Part shown: positions 12,595 to 23,891 of the stretch, in pieces
Position numbering within the stretch: position 1 is the stretch's first letter
Layout of the letters: every line of letters starts with the position of its first letter
Assembly: GCF_009914755.1 (NCBI RefSeq)
Contig: NC_060934.1
Source of the DNA: the human T2T-CHM13v2.0 reference genome, Homo sapiens
Length of the DNA stretch: 64,000 nucleotides
Strand: one strand, 5' to 3'
The notes under the pieces: model-generated
Databases searched by the model: none
What the model was told of the DNA's origin: nothing
Seen by the model: only the letters and a program-made list of their open reading frames with translations
Position numbers and translations under genes: made by a program

Positions 12595-13643
12595 TATCGG
12601 GGGAAACAGCCCCCAATATTTCAGCGTTGGTTCTTTCTATTTTCCCTAAGTGTCAGCCGGTCTGAGAAATAAAGAGAAAGAGTAAAAAGAGAGGAATTTT
12701 ACAGCTGGGCCTCCAGGGGTGACATCGCATGTTGGTAGGACCGTGATGCCCCTGAGCCGCAAAACCAGCAGGCTTTTATTAGGGATTTTAAAAGGGGAGG
12801 GGCTTTATGAACAGGGAGTAGGTCACAAAGTCCACATGCTTCAAAGGGCAATAAAGATCACAAGGCAAAGGCAAAACTAGAACTACTGATGAGGGTCTAT
12901 GTCCCGCTGTGCATGTATTGTCTTGATAAACATCTTAACAGGAAACAGGGTTCGAGAGCAGAGAACCAGTCTGACCAAAATTTACCAGGCTGGAATTTCC
13001 CAATCCTAGTAAGCCTGAGAGTACTGGAGGAGACCAGGGCGTATTTCAGTCCTTATCTCAACCACATAAGACAGACACTCCCAGAGCGGCCATTTATAGA
13101 CCTCCCCCCAGGAATGCATTCCTTCCCCAGGGTATTCCTTGCTGGGAAAAGAATTCAGCAATATCTCTCTTACTTGCATGTCTGTTTATAGGCTCTCTGC
13201 AAGAAGAAAAATATGGCTCTATTCTGCCTGACCCCACAGGCAAGTCAGACCTTATGGTTGTCTTCCCTTGTTCCCTGAAAATCACTGTTGTTCTGTTCTT
13301 TTTCAAGGTGCATTAATTTCATATTGTTCAAACACACATGTTTTACAATCAATTTATACAATAGTGGTCCTGAGGTGATGTATATTCTCAGTTTATGAAG
13401 ATAATGGGATTCAGAGATTAAAGTAAAGACAGGCATAGAATTTATAAGAGTATTATTAGGGAAGTGATAAATGTCCATGAAATCTTCACAATTTATGTTC
13501 AGAGATTGCAGTAAAGACAGGCATAAGAAATTATAAAAGTATTAATTTTGGGAACTGATAAATGTCCATGAAATCATCACAATTTATGTTCTGCCATGGT
13601 TCCAGCCACTCCCTCCATTCGGGGTCCCTGACTTCCCGCAACA
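12595..13643 (-). mobile_element. MER11B/C solo LTR (HERV-K HML-8)
   Basis: Reverse complement starts TGTTGCGGGAAGTCAGGGACCCC. 6-bp TSD GGGGAG at 12589-12594 and 13644-13649. Internal ~88-bp tandem duplication. Confidence 0.92.
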
Positions 13644-13750
13644 GGGGAGCATAGACAGAAGGAGATTAGGGAGTGTGGATGATGACTCTTCAAATGGATC
13701 ATCCTGCACGACTTCCCAGTTTGAGTAGTTTCAGTTAGAATTGTCTAGGT

Positions 13751-13980
13751 CAGGGGTCAGGAAATATTTTCTGTAAAGGGCAAAGTAGTGAATATTTTTA
13801 GCCTATGTTAACCATGTGGTCTCTATCACAACTACTCAACACTGCCCTTGTCATGTGAAAGAAGCCATGGACAATATATAAATCAATGTAGGTAGTCGTG
13901 TTCCAATACAGATTTATTTATCAATACAAAAGCAGGCTATGTGCTGGATTTGGCCTGATAGCAGTAGTTTGTTCACCCTG
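13751..13980. mobile_element. MER58A hAT-Charlie MITE
   Basis: caggggtcag...ttttctgtaaagggc...actactcaac...caccctg; 8-bp TSD gtctaggt/gtctaagt with one mismatch. Confidence 0.85.
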
Positions 13981-13998
13981 GTCTAAGTTGTTCTTCAT

Positions 13999-14000
<2 letters not shown>

Positions 14001-14032
<32 letters not shown>
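14001..14032. repeat. (CAA)n trinucleotide microsatellite
   Basis: About 10 perfect AAC units. Confidence 0.95.
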
Positions 14033-14039
14033 GAAACAA

Positions 14040-14412
14040 ACCTCATCTCTCACAGATTAACCCCCAAAAGTGTTATTTTTGGCTGTACTAAATGTCTACT
14101 TTTAAGTCAAAAGAATGACTCTTCTCTCATGGCCACTCAGGGCCTCAGGCTGACAGGGGCTCCATGTCAACAGTGCTCCCATAATCACCTTGCAGAGAGA
14201 AGAGAGGTGGTTACATTGCATATTGGCTCTTAAATTCCCACTTGGAAGTGACACATGCCACTTTCATTCACTTTTCATTGGGCAATGCAAGTCACAGGGT
14301 CACATAGAATTTAGAATTTCAAGGAGGGGGTTGCAGGGAAGGGTAGTCTTACTGTGTGCACAGAGGGAGAACCAATATTCTAGGGTAGGTGAATTGTATT
14401 AATTACCACCAC
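14040..14412 (-). mobile_element. MLT1J/K/L-like MaLR LTR remnant
   Basis: cactcagggcctcaggctgacagg and ggaagtgacacatgccactttc...ttcattgggca...agtcaca motifs. Confidence 0.6.
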
Positions 14413-15339
14413 AGATGGGAACCCCCAAATTCACAGGAACACCCATATTCTCTTCTTGCTCCAAATGAGGGGACAATTGTTTCTTCCTGTCCTTTATTCA
14501 GCATCCTTAGGTCAGCTTATCTTCCCCAGGCCTGGCAAGAGTTAGCATTTCCAAAACATTCCCACTGCTTTCTGAATGCTTAGATATTCAGGATAATATC
14601 TGACCCTACTCAGGTATTATCCAAGCCAGAGCTTGCCTGGCATTCTCAATTCCCAGAGCCCATTAGAATTAGAGAATAAGTTACCCCACTGTTGAAGGCA
14701 CTAAACTTTTAAAAATCTTCACTTCCCAGTTTCTTAAATGGTGCCTCGCCACTCAAATTTCAGACTCTTAGGAAGGACTAGGGTAGAGGGGTTTTTTGGC
14801 CTTGGTTGGCCTTTCAGTATGTCTCCAGTGAAAAGTCTGAGATCGATCTATATCTGTATCTATGTATATGTATACTATATCTATATCTATATAGCAATGT
14901 TTGGGCAAGACCTTTAATAATCAGGCCCCAGACTGCCTCTCCTTGTGTTTCACTGTGTCCCATACTTTACTGCACACTTCAGCCAAGCCATGCTGTGAAA
15001 TACACAATGCCCTACATGTCTTCATGTTATTGCCCCTGATGTTCCTTCTGCCTAGAAAGCCACCCTTTCCTGGTGAACTCATGCTCCCCAGACCTAGGTC
15101 AGCTGTGTTAATAATGTTTCAGATTTTGGGTGGGTGGTGAGTTTATTAGTGTTCATTGTATTATTAACACCGATAAAAGATGGCCATTGTCAACCAATGA
15201 TAATAGCATATTATGAATTAAGCATTATGATTAATTCTTGGAACTTGAGGTCAAATAAAAAATACATGAATAAAATCCTATAGAGCTGGGATTGGCAAAC
15301 TGTTGCCTGAGGATCAAGTTACACACACACATACACACA

Positions 15340-15773
15340 CACACACACCCCGAGAGAAAGAGAGAGAGAAGAAGAAGGAATTAGCTCACATGATTATGGA
15401 GGTCCCATGATCTGCCACCAACAAACCTAGAGACCCAGGAAGGCTGGAGATTTAGTTCCAGTCTGAATTCAGAGGCCTGAGAACTGGGAGAGGTGTTGGT
15501 GTAAGTCTTAGTCCAAAGGCAGGGTAAGACTGATGTTCCAGCTCGGCAGTCATGCAGAGAGAGTGGTCTCCCTTCCTCCATCTTTTTCTTCTATTCAGGC
15601 CCTCGATGGGATTGGATGACACCTACCATGTTGTGGAGGGCAATGTGATTTACCCGGTCTACCTATTTAAATGCTAATCTTGTCTAGAAACACCCTCACA
15701 GACACACCTAGTAGTGTTTAAATATCTGGGCACCCTGTGATTCAGTCAAATTGTCACATGAAATTAATCATCA
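15340..15773 (-). mobile_element. MLT2B-type ERVL LTR preceded by a (CA)n/(GA)n tract
   Basis: aaggaattagctcacatgattatggagg...aaatgctaatct...caccctcacagacacacc...aaattaatcatca. Confidence 0.85.
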
Positions 15774-16929
15774 GATACTGAAGGTAAGGTGCCTAAAGTT
15801 CACAAGGAGAAGGCAGGAGGGGAACTCCCAGGTTAAACAACAAAGGTCATTGCAGCAAGCACACAGATCCATCTCTCCCAATAACACTCCCTCTGATCTT
15901 CCCTGCTCTCATCCTGTCTTATGGTGATGTGTGAGGAGGGGGTAGAAATTTAGTAGGATACTGAGGAAATTTAGCTGAGAGAGCAATTTTCAATGTTTTG
16001 TGAGTGAAGCTTGAAACAGTATACCTGTGGGCTCTCATAGTTAAGCCAAATATTACTTCTTAAATCATTTGCTTTCTCTCTCTATCCTAAGTAATCCCAG
16101 AACTCCAGAATGATTGCAATCACTTGGAAAATAGGACCTACATAACGGATAACTCCAACGTTAAAAAGATGCCAGAAGTAGGTGAGATTTTTACAATCCT
16201 CTTTCCTTTACCTGTAAATGCATTTTTACTAATATGGGAAATTACCCTCAAATGCTGAAGCTTGAATTGAAGTAAGTCCAATGACTTGCACACAGCACAT
16301 CAAGAGAGGAAAGGACGGGCCTTGATCTTGTCAGCTCTTGTTTTTTTCAGCGAGGCAATGGTCCTCCCAGAGGAGATACCCATGCCCTTGCAGCTAAACA
16401 GAATTATGCTCCTATAGCTTGATCTACTCTCTCTCACACAGAAAGCCTGCCCCTGCTGGCCTCCAGAGCAATAATCCACGACCTTCTAACAGAGATGACA
16501 GTGAAAGGTTTTATTAAACAAATAAAATCCTGTACCCAAGAATGAGTATAAGGATGTGGGTTAAAGGATGAAAGAGGAGAGGTAGTGATTTAACTGCAAA
16601 GCTTGAATTTAATATAGAGATGAGTTTTCTTCCTCCATAAGAGTATCACCCTGTGTACAGTAATCTGTCTTCATTTCCAGCACAGAACCTGCCACACACT
16701 TTTAAGTTGCCATCAGGGACAGGAACTAAAGTGGAACATGAATCAGAAAATAGAATGAATATACTCATTTGCTAAATCCCACAGCAAATCCAAATATTAA
16801 CTTTCTAATTGAATTGAACAATCGTTTCAAACCAGTGAACCAGCTCAAACTGGATCTGAACTTATGTGTTTTCTAAAACTACTAAATGGAGAAAAAGCTA
16901 CTAAAAGGAAAAAGAGAGGAAACTGAAGA

Positions 16930-17175
16930 AGTCTCAGAGACATCTACCCCAAAGAAATAAAAATGTATGTCCACACAAAGACCTCCAGGCAAATGTTCAC
17001 AGCAGCGTTAGTCAGAATAGCCAAAAACGAGAAAAAAAAGCACTCAAATATTCATCAATTGCTGAAGGGGTAAACAAAATGCAGTATTTTAATAAAGTGC
17101 AATATTCTTTAATAATAAAGAGAAACAAAATGTTGATATATGCTACAACATGTATGAACTTCAAAAACATTTTGT
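16930..17175 (+). mobile_element. Old L1M 3' fragment
   Basis: aaaaatgtatgtccacacaaagacct...aatgttcacagcagc...tgctacaacatgtatgaacttcaaaaacatt. Confidence 0.75.
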
Positions 17176-17179
17176 TGAA

Positions 17180-18760
17180 GTCCTGTTTTGTTACCTTGTT
17201 TAAGAAATCTTTGCCTACTCCAGGGTGATAAGGACTTCTTCCCTCCTATAATTTTTCTAGAAGTTCTATACATTTTTTCCATTAGGCCTGTTCTTTTTTT
17301 TTATTATTATACTTTAAGTTTTAGGGTACATGTGCACAATGTACAGGTTTGTTACATATGTAAACATGTGCCATGTTGGTGTACCGCACCTATTAACTCG
17401 TCATTTAGCATTAGGTATATCTCCTAATGCTATCCCTCCCCCCTGCCCCCACCCCACAACAGTCCCTGGAGTGTGATGTTTCCCTTCCTGTGTCCATGTG
17501 TTCTTGTTGTTCAATTCCCACCTATGAGTGAGAACATGCGGTGTTTGGTTTTTTGACCTTGCGATAGTTTGCTGAGAATGACGATTTCCAGTTTCATCCA
17601 TGTCCCTACAAAGAACATGAACTCATCATTTTTTAAGGCTGCATAGTATTCCATGGTGTATATGTGCCACATTTTCTTAATCCAGTCTATCGTTGTTGGA
17701 CATTTGGGTTGGTTCCAAGTCTTTGCTATTGTGAATAGTGCCGCAATAAACATACATGTGCATGTGTCTTTATAGCAGCATGATTTATAATCCTTTGAGT
17801 ATATACCCAGTAATGGGATCCATTAGGCCTGTTCTTGAATAAATATTTATTCATGGCATGGACAGGGAGTAAGGTTAAAGGTGTTTATTTCCCATATGGA
17901 TACCTATTCATTATAAAACACCAACCTTTCTCCCATTGCACTGCAGTTATTTCTTTACTGCGAAGCAAGTGACTATATATGTATGGTCTGTTTCTGGACT
18001 GTCTATTCTGACTCATGGGTTCATTTGTCTATCTTACACTAATAGCACATTGATATAATAGCATTTTAAGAAATCTTGCAATTAGGTAGTGTAAGTCTTT
18101 CAAATTTTTTCTTTAAAATTATTTAGCTTATTTTAGATTCTATGCATTTTTCTGTAAACTTTATAACAAGCTTGTCAGTTTTCTCAAAACCTTGAGATTT
18201 TGATTGGAATTAAATCTATAGATGTATCTGGGAATAACTGACATTTCAATAGTATTGACTCTTACAAATCATGAAAATAGTATATTTCTCTATTTGTCTT
18301 TAATTTCTCTTAGCAATGTTTTCAGTGTAGAGAATTATATACGTTTCTTTAATTTATTCTGAGATATTTGACATTTTTAAATGCTACCAGAAAGGATATT
18401 TTTTAAAATTTTATTTCCCCAATTTTTCTTGTTAACATATACTAACAGTTTATTTTTGTATAGTGACCTCAGTCTTGCAACATCGTTAATTTTCTTATTA
18501 ATTCTAATGCTGTGTTTTTAGATTCTTTGGAACTTTTACATACCCAATCATGTCTTTTGCACAAAGCGACGGACATTTATACTTATTTCTTTCCATATTT
18601 TCATACCTTTCATGACTTTCTGTTTGCTTTATTCGCTAGCTAGGACTTCTAGCACAATCATAAATATAAAGGATGTGGAGTAAGCCAGATCCTTAACTTG
18701 CTTCTGACATCAAGGGGAATGTTTTACATACTTAATCCTTAAATATGATGAGGTGAAATT
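17180..18760 (-). mobile_element. Old L1M ORF2 fragment, split by the L1PA insertion
   Basis: tttaagaaatctttgcctactcca; gagattttgattggaatt; gctaggacttctagcacaat. Confidence 0.75.
17296..17819 (-). mobile_element. 5'-truncated L1PA3/L1PA4-like 3' end
   Basis: ttattattatactttaagttttagggtacatgtgcac; ORF2 C-terminal frame [19 protein letters not shown]; perfect TSD ccattaggcctgttctt at 17279-17295 and 17820-17836. Confidence 0.95.
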
Positions 18761-18892
18761 TTTAAACTTTAATTGAGGTATAAACTACACCTATTTGAAG
18801 TGTACAATTCAATGAGTTTGACCATTATGTACACTGATAAAACTATCACTACAATCAAGATAATCACCACCATTCTATCATCTCCAAAAGAT
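18760..18892 (-). mobile_element. L1MC/MD-like 3' terminus
   Basis: tttaattgaggtataa...aagtgtacaattcaatgagtttg...acaatcaagata. Confidence 0.65.
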
Positions 18893-18893
18893 T

Positions 18894-19492
18894 TGGTGGT
18901 AGGCAGAGTTCTAAGAATGATCCCTAGTGGAGCTTATCCATGTATAATCCCCTCTTTGTTGAATATAAATGGAACCTGCGACATTATGAGATGCTACTCC
19001 CATGACTATATGATATTACGCTGTACAACAAAAGGGCGACTGTTCAGCTTGACCTGACCTAAACAATCACATGAGCCCTTAAAAAAAAAAAAAAAGCATT
19101 TTATCAGGTTGGGAGCATCAGAAGAAATCAGAGAAATTCGAAGCATCTGAAGGACACAACGTACCTTTGTTGGTTTGAAGTGGAGGAGGCCATGTGAAAA
19201 GGAACTGCAGGTGAATTTCCTGATAAAGCCTAGAGAGATTCCTGGCTGACAGCCAGCAAGGAAACAGAAACCTTAGTTCTGCAAATAAAAGGCAGTCCCA
19301 ACAACCTGAATGAGCTGGAAGCAGATTCTTTCCCAGGACTTGCAGATAAAAGCCCAACTTTCGACCTTGATTTCGACCTCAAAAAACCCTAAACAAAGGA
19401 TTCAATGGGAAGTTTAACCTATAGAACTGTGATATACTAAAAGCCACTCTATTTGTGGTAATTTCTAATGTAGCATAAAAAACGAATATACA
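18894..19492 (+). mobile_element. MLT1E-type MaLR LTR
   Basis: tggtaggcagagttctaaga...tgacagccagcaaggaaacag...aacaacctgaatgagctggaagcagattc...tttgtggtaatt...aatataca. Confidence 0.8.
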
Positions 19493-19890
19493 TTTGATAC
19501 CTGGATGTGAGTGTTGCCATAACAAATAAGTGAAATGTGTAAGTGACTTTGGAGTTGGGCAGATGTTGGAAGAATTTTGAGGAGCGTGAAAACAAAAGCC
19601 TAGATCACCTTGGAAAGGCTTAGTAGCAATACAGACTTTGAGAATGTTGAGGGTGTGGAAGGAAGTAAGGAACATGCTGGAAGCTAGAGGAACCATATGC
19701 TACTCTACAGTGGCAGAGAGCTTAGCAATTGTCTCCAACACTTAAATAGAAAGCGAACTTATACAGTATGAACTCGGATATTTAGCTGAGAGGATTTTCC
19801 AGCAAAATGTCGAAGATGCAGCCTAGTTTCTTCTTGCTGCTTCTAATAAAATGTGAGAGGAGAGAGATAAATTGTGTGAAAAACTGTTAA
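19493..19890 (+). mobile_element. MLT1-int internal sequence contiguous with the LTR
   Basis: tttgatacctgga...gttggaagaattttgaggagc...ggatatttagctgag...cttcttgctgct...aaaatgtgagaggagagaga. Confidence 0.7.
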
Positions 19891-20789
19891 TTCTCCTTTG
19901 CTATGTGTTATGAAGATGAAGCTGGCTGAGATCAGAGCTTGGGTTAAGAAAGAAGTACTCACTAACATTTAGAGTGTTTTTGGCTGCATTGGATGGTCCT
20001 GCAGTCAATGTCAAATTGCCTTACTACTTATATTTTCCAAACATCAAGTCTTTAAGAACTAGTAGTAGTTCTTAGCTGTCTTCTACTGTATCAGGCAGTG
20101 GGAGAAAGTGTAAAAGGTTGGTTGAAGCACCTCTCCAGGTTCTCTCTTCTAATTATTCCCTTTCTTCAGACCCCATCTCTATTCTCAGGGATGATTCTCC
20201 TGACTACCTTAGTAAACTACCACCAATCTCAAACAATCTCTGATTTTTATCGGACATTTATTATTCAGCACTCAATTAGGTATGACCTTTTGCATTACAG
20301 TTTTGATCCCTGGTTTATTCCTCCAGATATAATAAAAACTAGTTAATTACTGAGATCAAGTCTCTAGAGATAGTGATTTCTATTGAATGAGTAAATGAAC
20401 CAAAATTTGAGCTGTTGGGCTGGGTAAAATTTTTGTGTAGGTGCTATATGTGAAAAGCTGTCTGCAATATTTGGTTTAGATATTTTGGTAGTAATAAATA
20501 GAATTTCTTAAATTTTCAAATTATTTACTACGCTACAAAGAAGATAATTTAACTTGAATATATTCCAGAAAAATCAGGGCACAAGATTTTTTTGATATAT
20601 TTTTTTCCCATATTTGCCCTAGAATAAAGCATTTGTTCATGCTAACACATTTTGGTTTTCAAATTTTTATTACAGTTGATCTTTGAGTTAGGGGACATGG
20701 TAGCTGCTGATTCAACTATCATTGAACCTCCTTATTGAAGAATGACATTGCCAAGATAGCACCAAGTCTCAGAATCTGAAAACTTAATA

Positions 20790-20957
20790 CAGTGATTTCT
20801 AATTCAGCTAGTCATCAAAATCACCTGCAGAACTTTACAAAAATTTAAATCATCCTGCCCAGAGATTCTATTCAACAAGTTTTGGAGCAAACCCGGAAAC
20901 TGAATTTTGAAATGTTCCCAGATAATTCTGTCGATCAGCCAAGTCTGGGAATCTCCA
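20790..20957. mobile_element. MER5B/MER5A-like MITE
   Basis: catcaaaatcacctgcagaactt...cccagagattctattcaa...cccagataattctg...cagccaagtctgggaa. Confidence 0.65.
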
Positions 20958-22058
20958 GGTGAAATGCCGAGGACTTGGTCCATCTGCAGGCTCATCTCAT
21001 GACTACAGCCTAGCCAAGGTAAGCATGGCAGTTGCATTTGCTGGGTACTGTGTCCCTTATGTGAAGAGAAGCAGTGTGGAGATGTGGAGAAGCCTATTGG
21101 AGAGGAATCATTTCTTTTTTGGTGTTTGTACAGCTAAGGATGCAGAATTTGCTTGTGTTAAAAATTTTACCTGCGTGGTCGATTCTATAAGACATCAGTG
21201 CTAGGCTTCATCTCATATTCCAAGGCTTTGCAGCTCTTAATGCAAGAGTAAAAAAGAATTCCAATAAAAATTTCTAATAAAAAAGGCAACAGAGCAAAAA
21301 ACATTTTAAAACAGACTTTTATGTGAGTACATAAGAAGATGAATAAGAGCTCATTTGAATGTGTTACCTGGGACAGTTAAGAAAAAGAGTAAGCATTATT
21401 ATTTTTAAAAGGACATTTTCTGTGACCCTTTGCCAATTATCTTGGTTAATTCAGGCTTCTATCCTTGGAATGGTTGGCTGTCCTCATCTTCTTTAGCCCT
21501 AGACACTGGTACGCAGGTTGAAAAAGAACTAGAAGTGTTGGTTGGTTCCATTCTCATTGGGTGTGCTGTGCCTAAACAATTCTTCCTGCTTTGTTTCAAG
21601 CTTCCACAATCGACTGAAGCACCCTTTTGGGCTGCAGAAGAGAGGTAATCTGATATGCCAATCAGATGAAGAGTTTTAGGAGTATTGGTATCTGACTATT
21701 GTGAAACGGACAAATAATAATCATTTGAGCTGGGCCCGGAGAGATAGATGGGCATTACCTTGAAGGATAGACATGCTGGGTTGTTATAAGGTTTTTTTTT
21801 GTAGCATTGGTTTATACATCATAGAGTATATGGGTCATTTTAAACTATATTCAACAGCATTCTTCAATGAGTCTTATGAAACACAAACCCTACATGCTGC
21901 TTTCAGTTAAAATGATCATGAGGTCCCATTTCAACGGGCTGCAAGTGCATTACCCCCAGTTAATCTCCCCCACTAACTTGTAAACAGAAAGTTGTACACA
22001 GCATTCTTATTCCAGAATTTAACACAGTGCCTTAGAGAAGCAGCTCAATGAACCAGTC

Positions 22059-22285
22059 CAGTGGTTCTCAACCAGATACGATTGATTTTGCTCCCCAGGG
22101 GACATTTGGCAATGTCTGGAGTCATTTCTGGTTGTCATATCTGGAGAGTGAGGAAATGGGAGTGTGTTACTGACATACAGTAGACAGAGGCAGGGATGTT
22201 CATACACATGTTACAATGCACAAGATGCCCCCTCACGGCAAATAATTATCCAGAATTTAAATGGTGCTGAGGTTGAGAAGCACTG
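22059..22285 (+). mobile_element. MER20 hAT-Charlie MITE
   Basis: cagtggttctcaac...ccccaggggacatttggcaatgtctggag...ggttgagaagcactg with TIRs. Confidence 0.9.
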
Positions 22286-23867
22286 CACTAGATTAAGTAT
22301 ATAGTTAATCCCAATCTACTCCTTTGGATGCCCATAAATTATTGTCTATTTCCATGGGCCATTTGTCTCCAACAATGGGAATTCACTGTGTAACTCTATC
22401 AAAAGCTGGAAAGAAATGGATGGAAAGAGAGGGTGGGCAGAGTAGGGAACTGAGAAAGAAGGTAGTGTATTTCAAAGTTGAAGTAACAGCGTTTTTCAAT
22501 TATTCATGGTTTTTAATGATCTATACCTTGTTTACCTCCAATAGTATGGATAAATGAGAGTGATTCCCATGGTAAATTGAATATTATGTTATTCCTTATA
22601 CAATGTGAGTATACTGGAGACCTAGAAGAAGAAAGCTTTGTTGTTGCCAAAAATGCAGTTATTAGTTTTTAATATAATGTTTACATGATCTGAGCTTGGT
22701 GTCATAATTGGTGTCTTACCCAGTCTTTATTAACTGATAAGTTTTGAGTGCTTTCTAGGGGCTAGGTCCTGTGCTTAGCATTTACATGCAGTATTGCCCT
22801 GAAGCCTCCTAATTACTCACTGAAAGTGTATAGTAAACTAAGGCTCAGAGAGGTTTGGTGTTTTGCAATTATTCACAAAGTTAACCTCTACCACTTCTCA
22901 GAACAAGTGAGTAAGTGAAAGAAATAGAAAGAGAGTTTAGATCCTGACCTCCTTGTTCTACCTAAAGAATATCTTTAAAATTAAAAAAAAAATGTTCTCA
23001 AGGAATTTATTGAGATTTAATTCCATAACATTAATTACAATTTTAAACAGAAAGCTTAAAGATGTTAAAGACCAAGATTTTAAAAGGTTACTGTCCAGAA
23101 TAATTTTCTCTCCCTGGCCCCTATCCCCCACCATAAACTCTGATGAGTGCATTATGGTGGAGAACATATAGGAGGTCATGAGGTCATTTCGGAACATCGA
23201 GGTTACACTTGCTCCTGGAATTTCTGGCTCTGAAACTTGTGCACCTATTTTCTCACCTGTAAAGAGGAGCACTTTACCATCTGCTTTGCCTCCCTCATTT
23301 AGCTTAGATGCAGATCAAATGAGATAATGTCCATAAATGTCCTTTGTAAGCTTCAGTGTATTGCACATACCTGTCAGAATGGTTTATTTCCATTAAATGC
23401 CTGTGGTGGATACTCTTACAAAATGGATGTGCTGGTTTCCATGGTGCAGCTAGAGATACATCAGGGACTCAAATCTGCCCCAACAAACTGTTGGCCACCT
23501 AGAAAAGGAGAAACCCAGGGACAGAGTTGCTGGGCTCTAGGAGTGTCTCAGGGCCTGAGCTTCCCTTTGAAAAGACCGTATTATGACAGAGGCATCTGAG
23601 CACCTGGGGCAGCCCTTCAGAAATTTTGCTCTTTGAGCTCTGGGCATTTTTAAGATTATTCTTTGGTGAAGTTCATCAACCCCTAGCAATATGTCACATT
23701 TCTCCCTGTGCTGGTTCTTTGAAGACAATATTTTTTAAAAAAAATTAGGAGAGAAAGGAGTACCTGAGAAATTCTGACAAACTTTGGAACTCTGCTCCCA
23801 TACTTTTTTATTGATTTATAAAAATGGTGAATTCCCTTTACAAAAGATTCAAATAATGCAGAAAAGT

Positions 23868-23891
23868 AAAAAAAAAAAAAAAAAAAAAAAA
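23868..23891. repeat. Poly(A) tract inside a probable L1ME 3' remnant (about 23800-23950)
   Basis: Run of 24 A; flanks aaataatgcagaaaagt and atcccaccacccagaaattaccact. Confidence 0.7.

Noticed and set aside
13413-13591. Tandem ~88-bp direct repeat suggesting a CRISPR-like or novel array
   Set aside because: Only two adjacent units with no spacer; it is an intrinsic part of the MER11 LTR.
13898-14233. 111-aa ORF with a polyglutamine run
   Set aside because: GTG start; it is a chance frame through MER58A, a (CAA)n microsatellite and an MLT1 remnant.
16930-18892. Plus/minus switch in old L1M at about 17180 as a fourth twin-priming event
   Set aside because: The segment order does not fit twin priming and no TSD is visible; more likely independent fragments.
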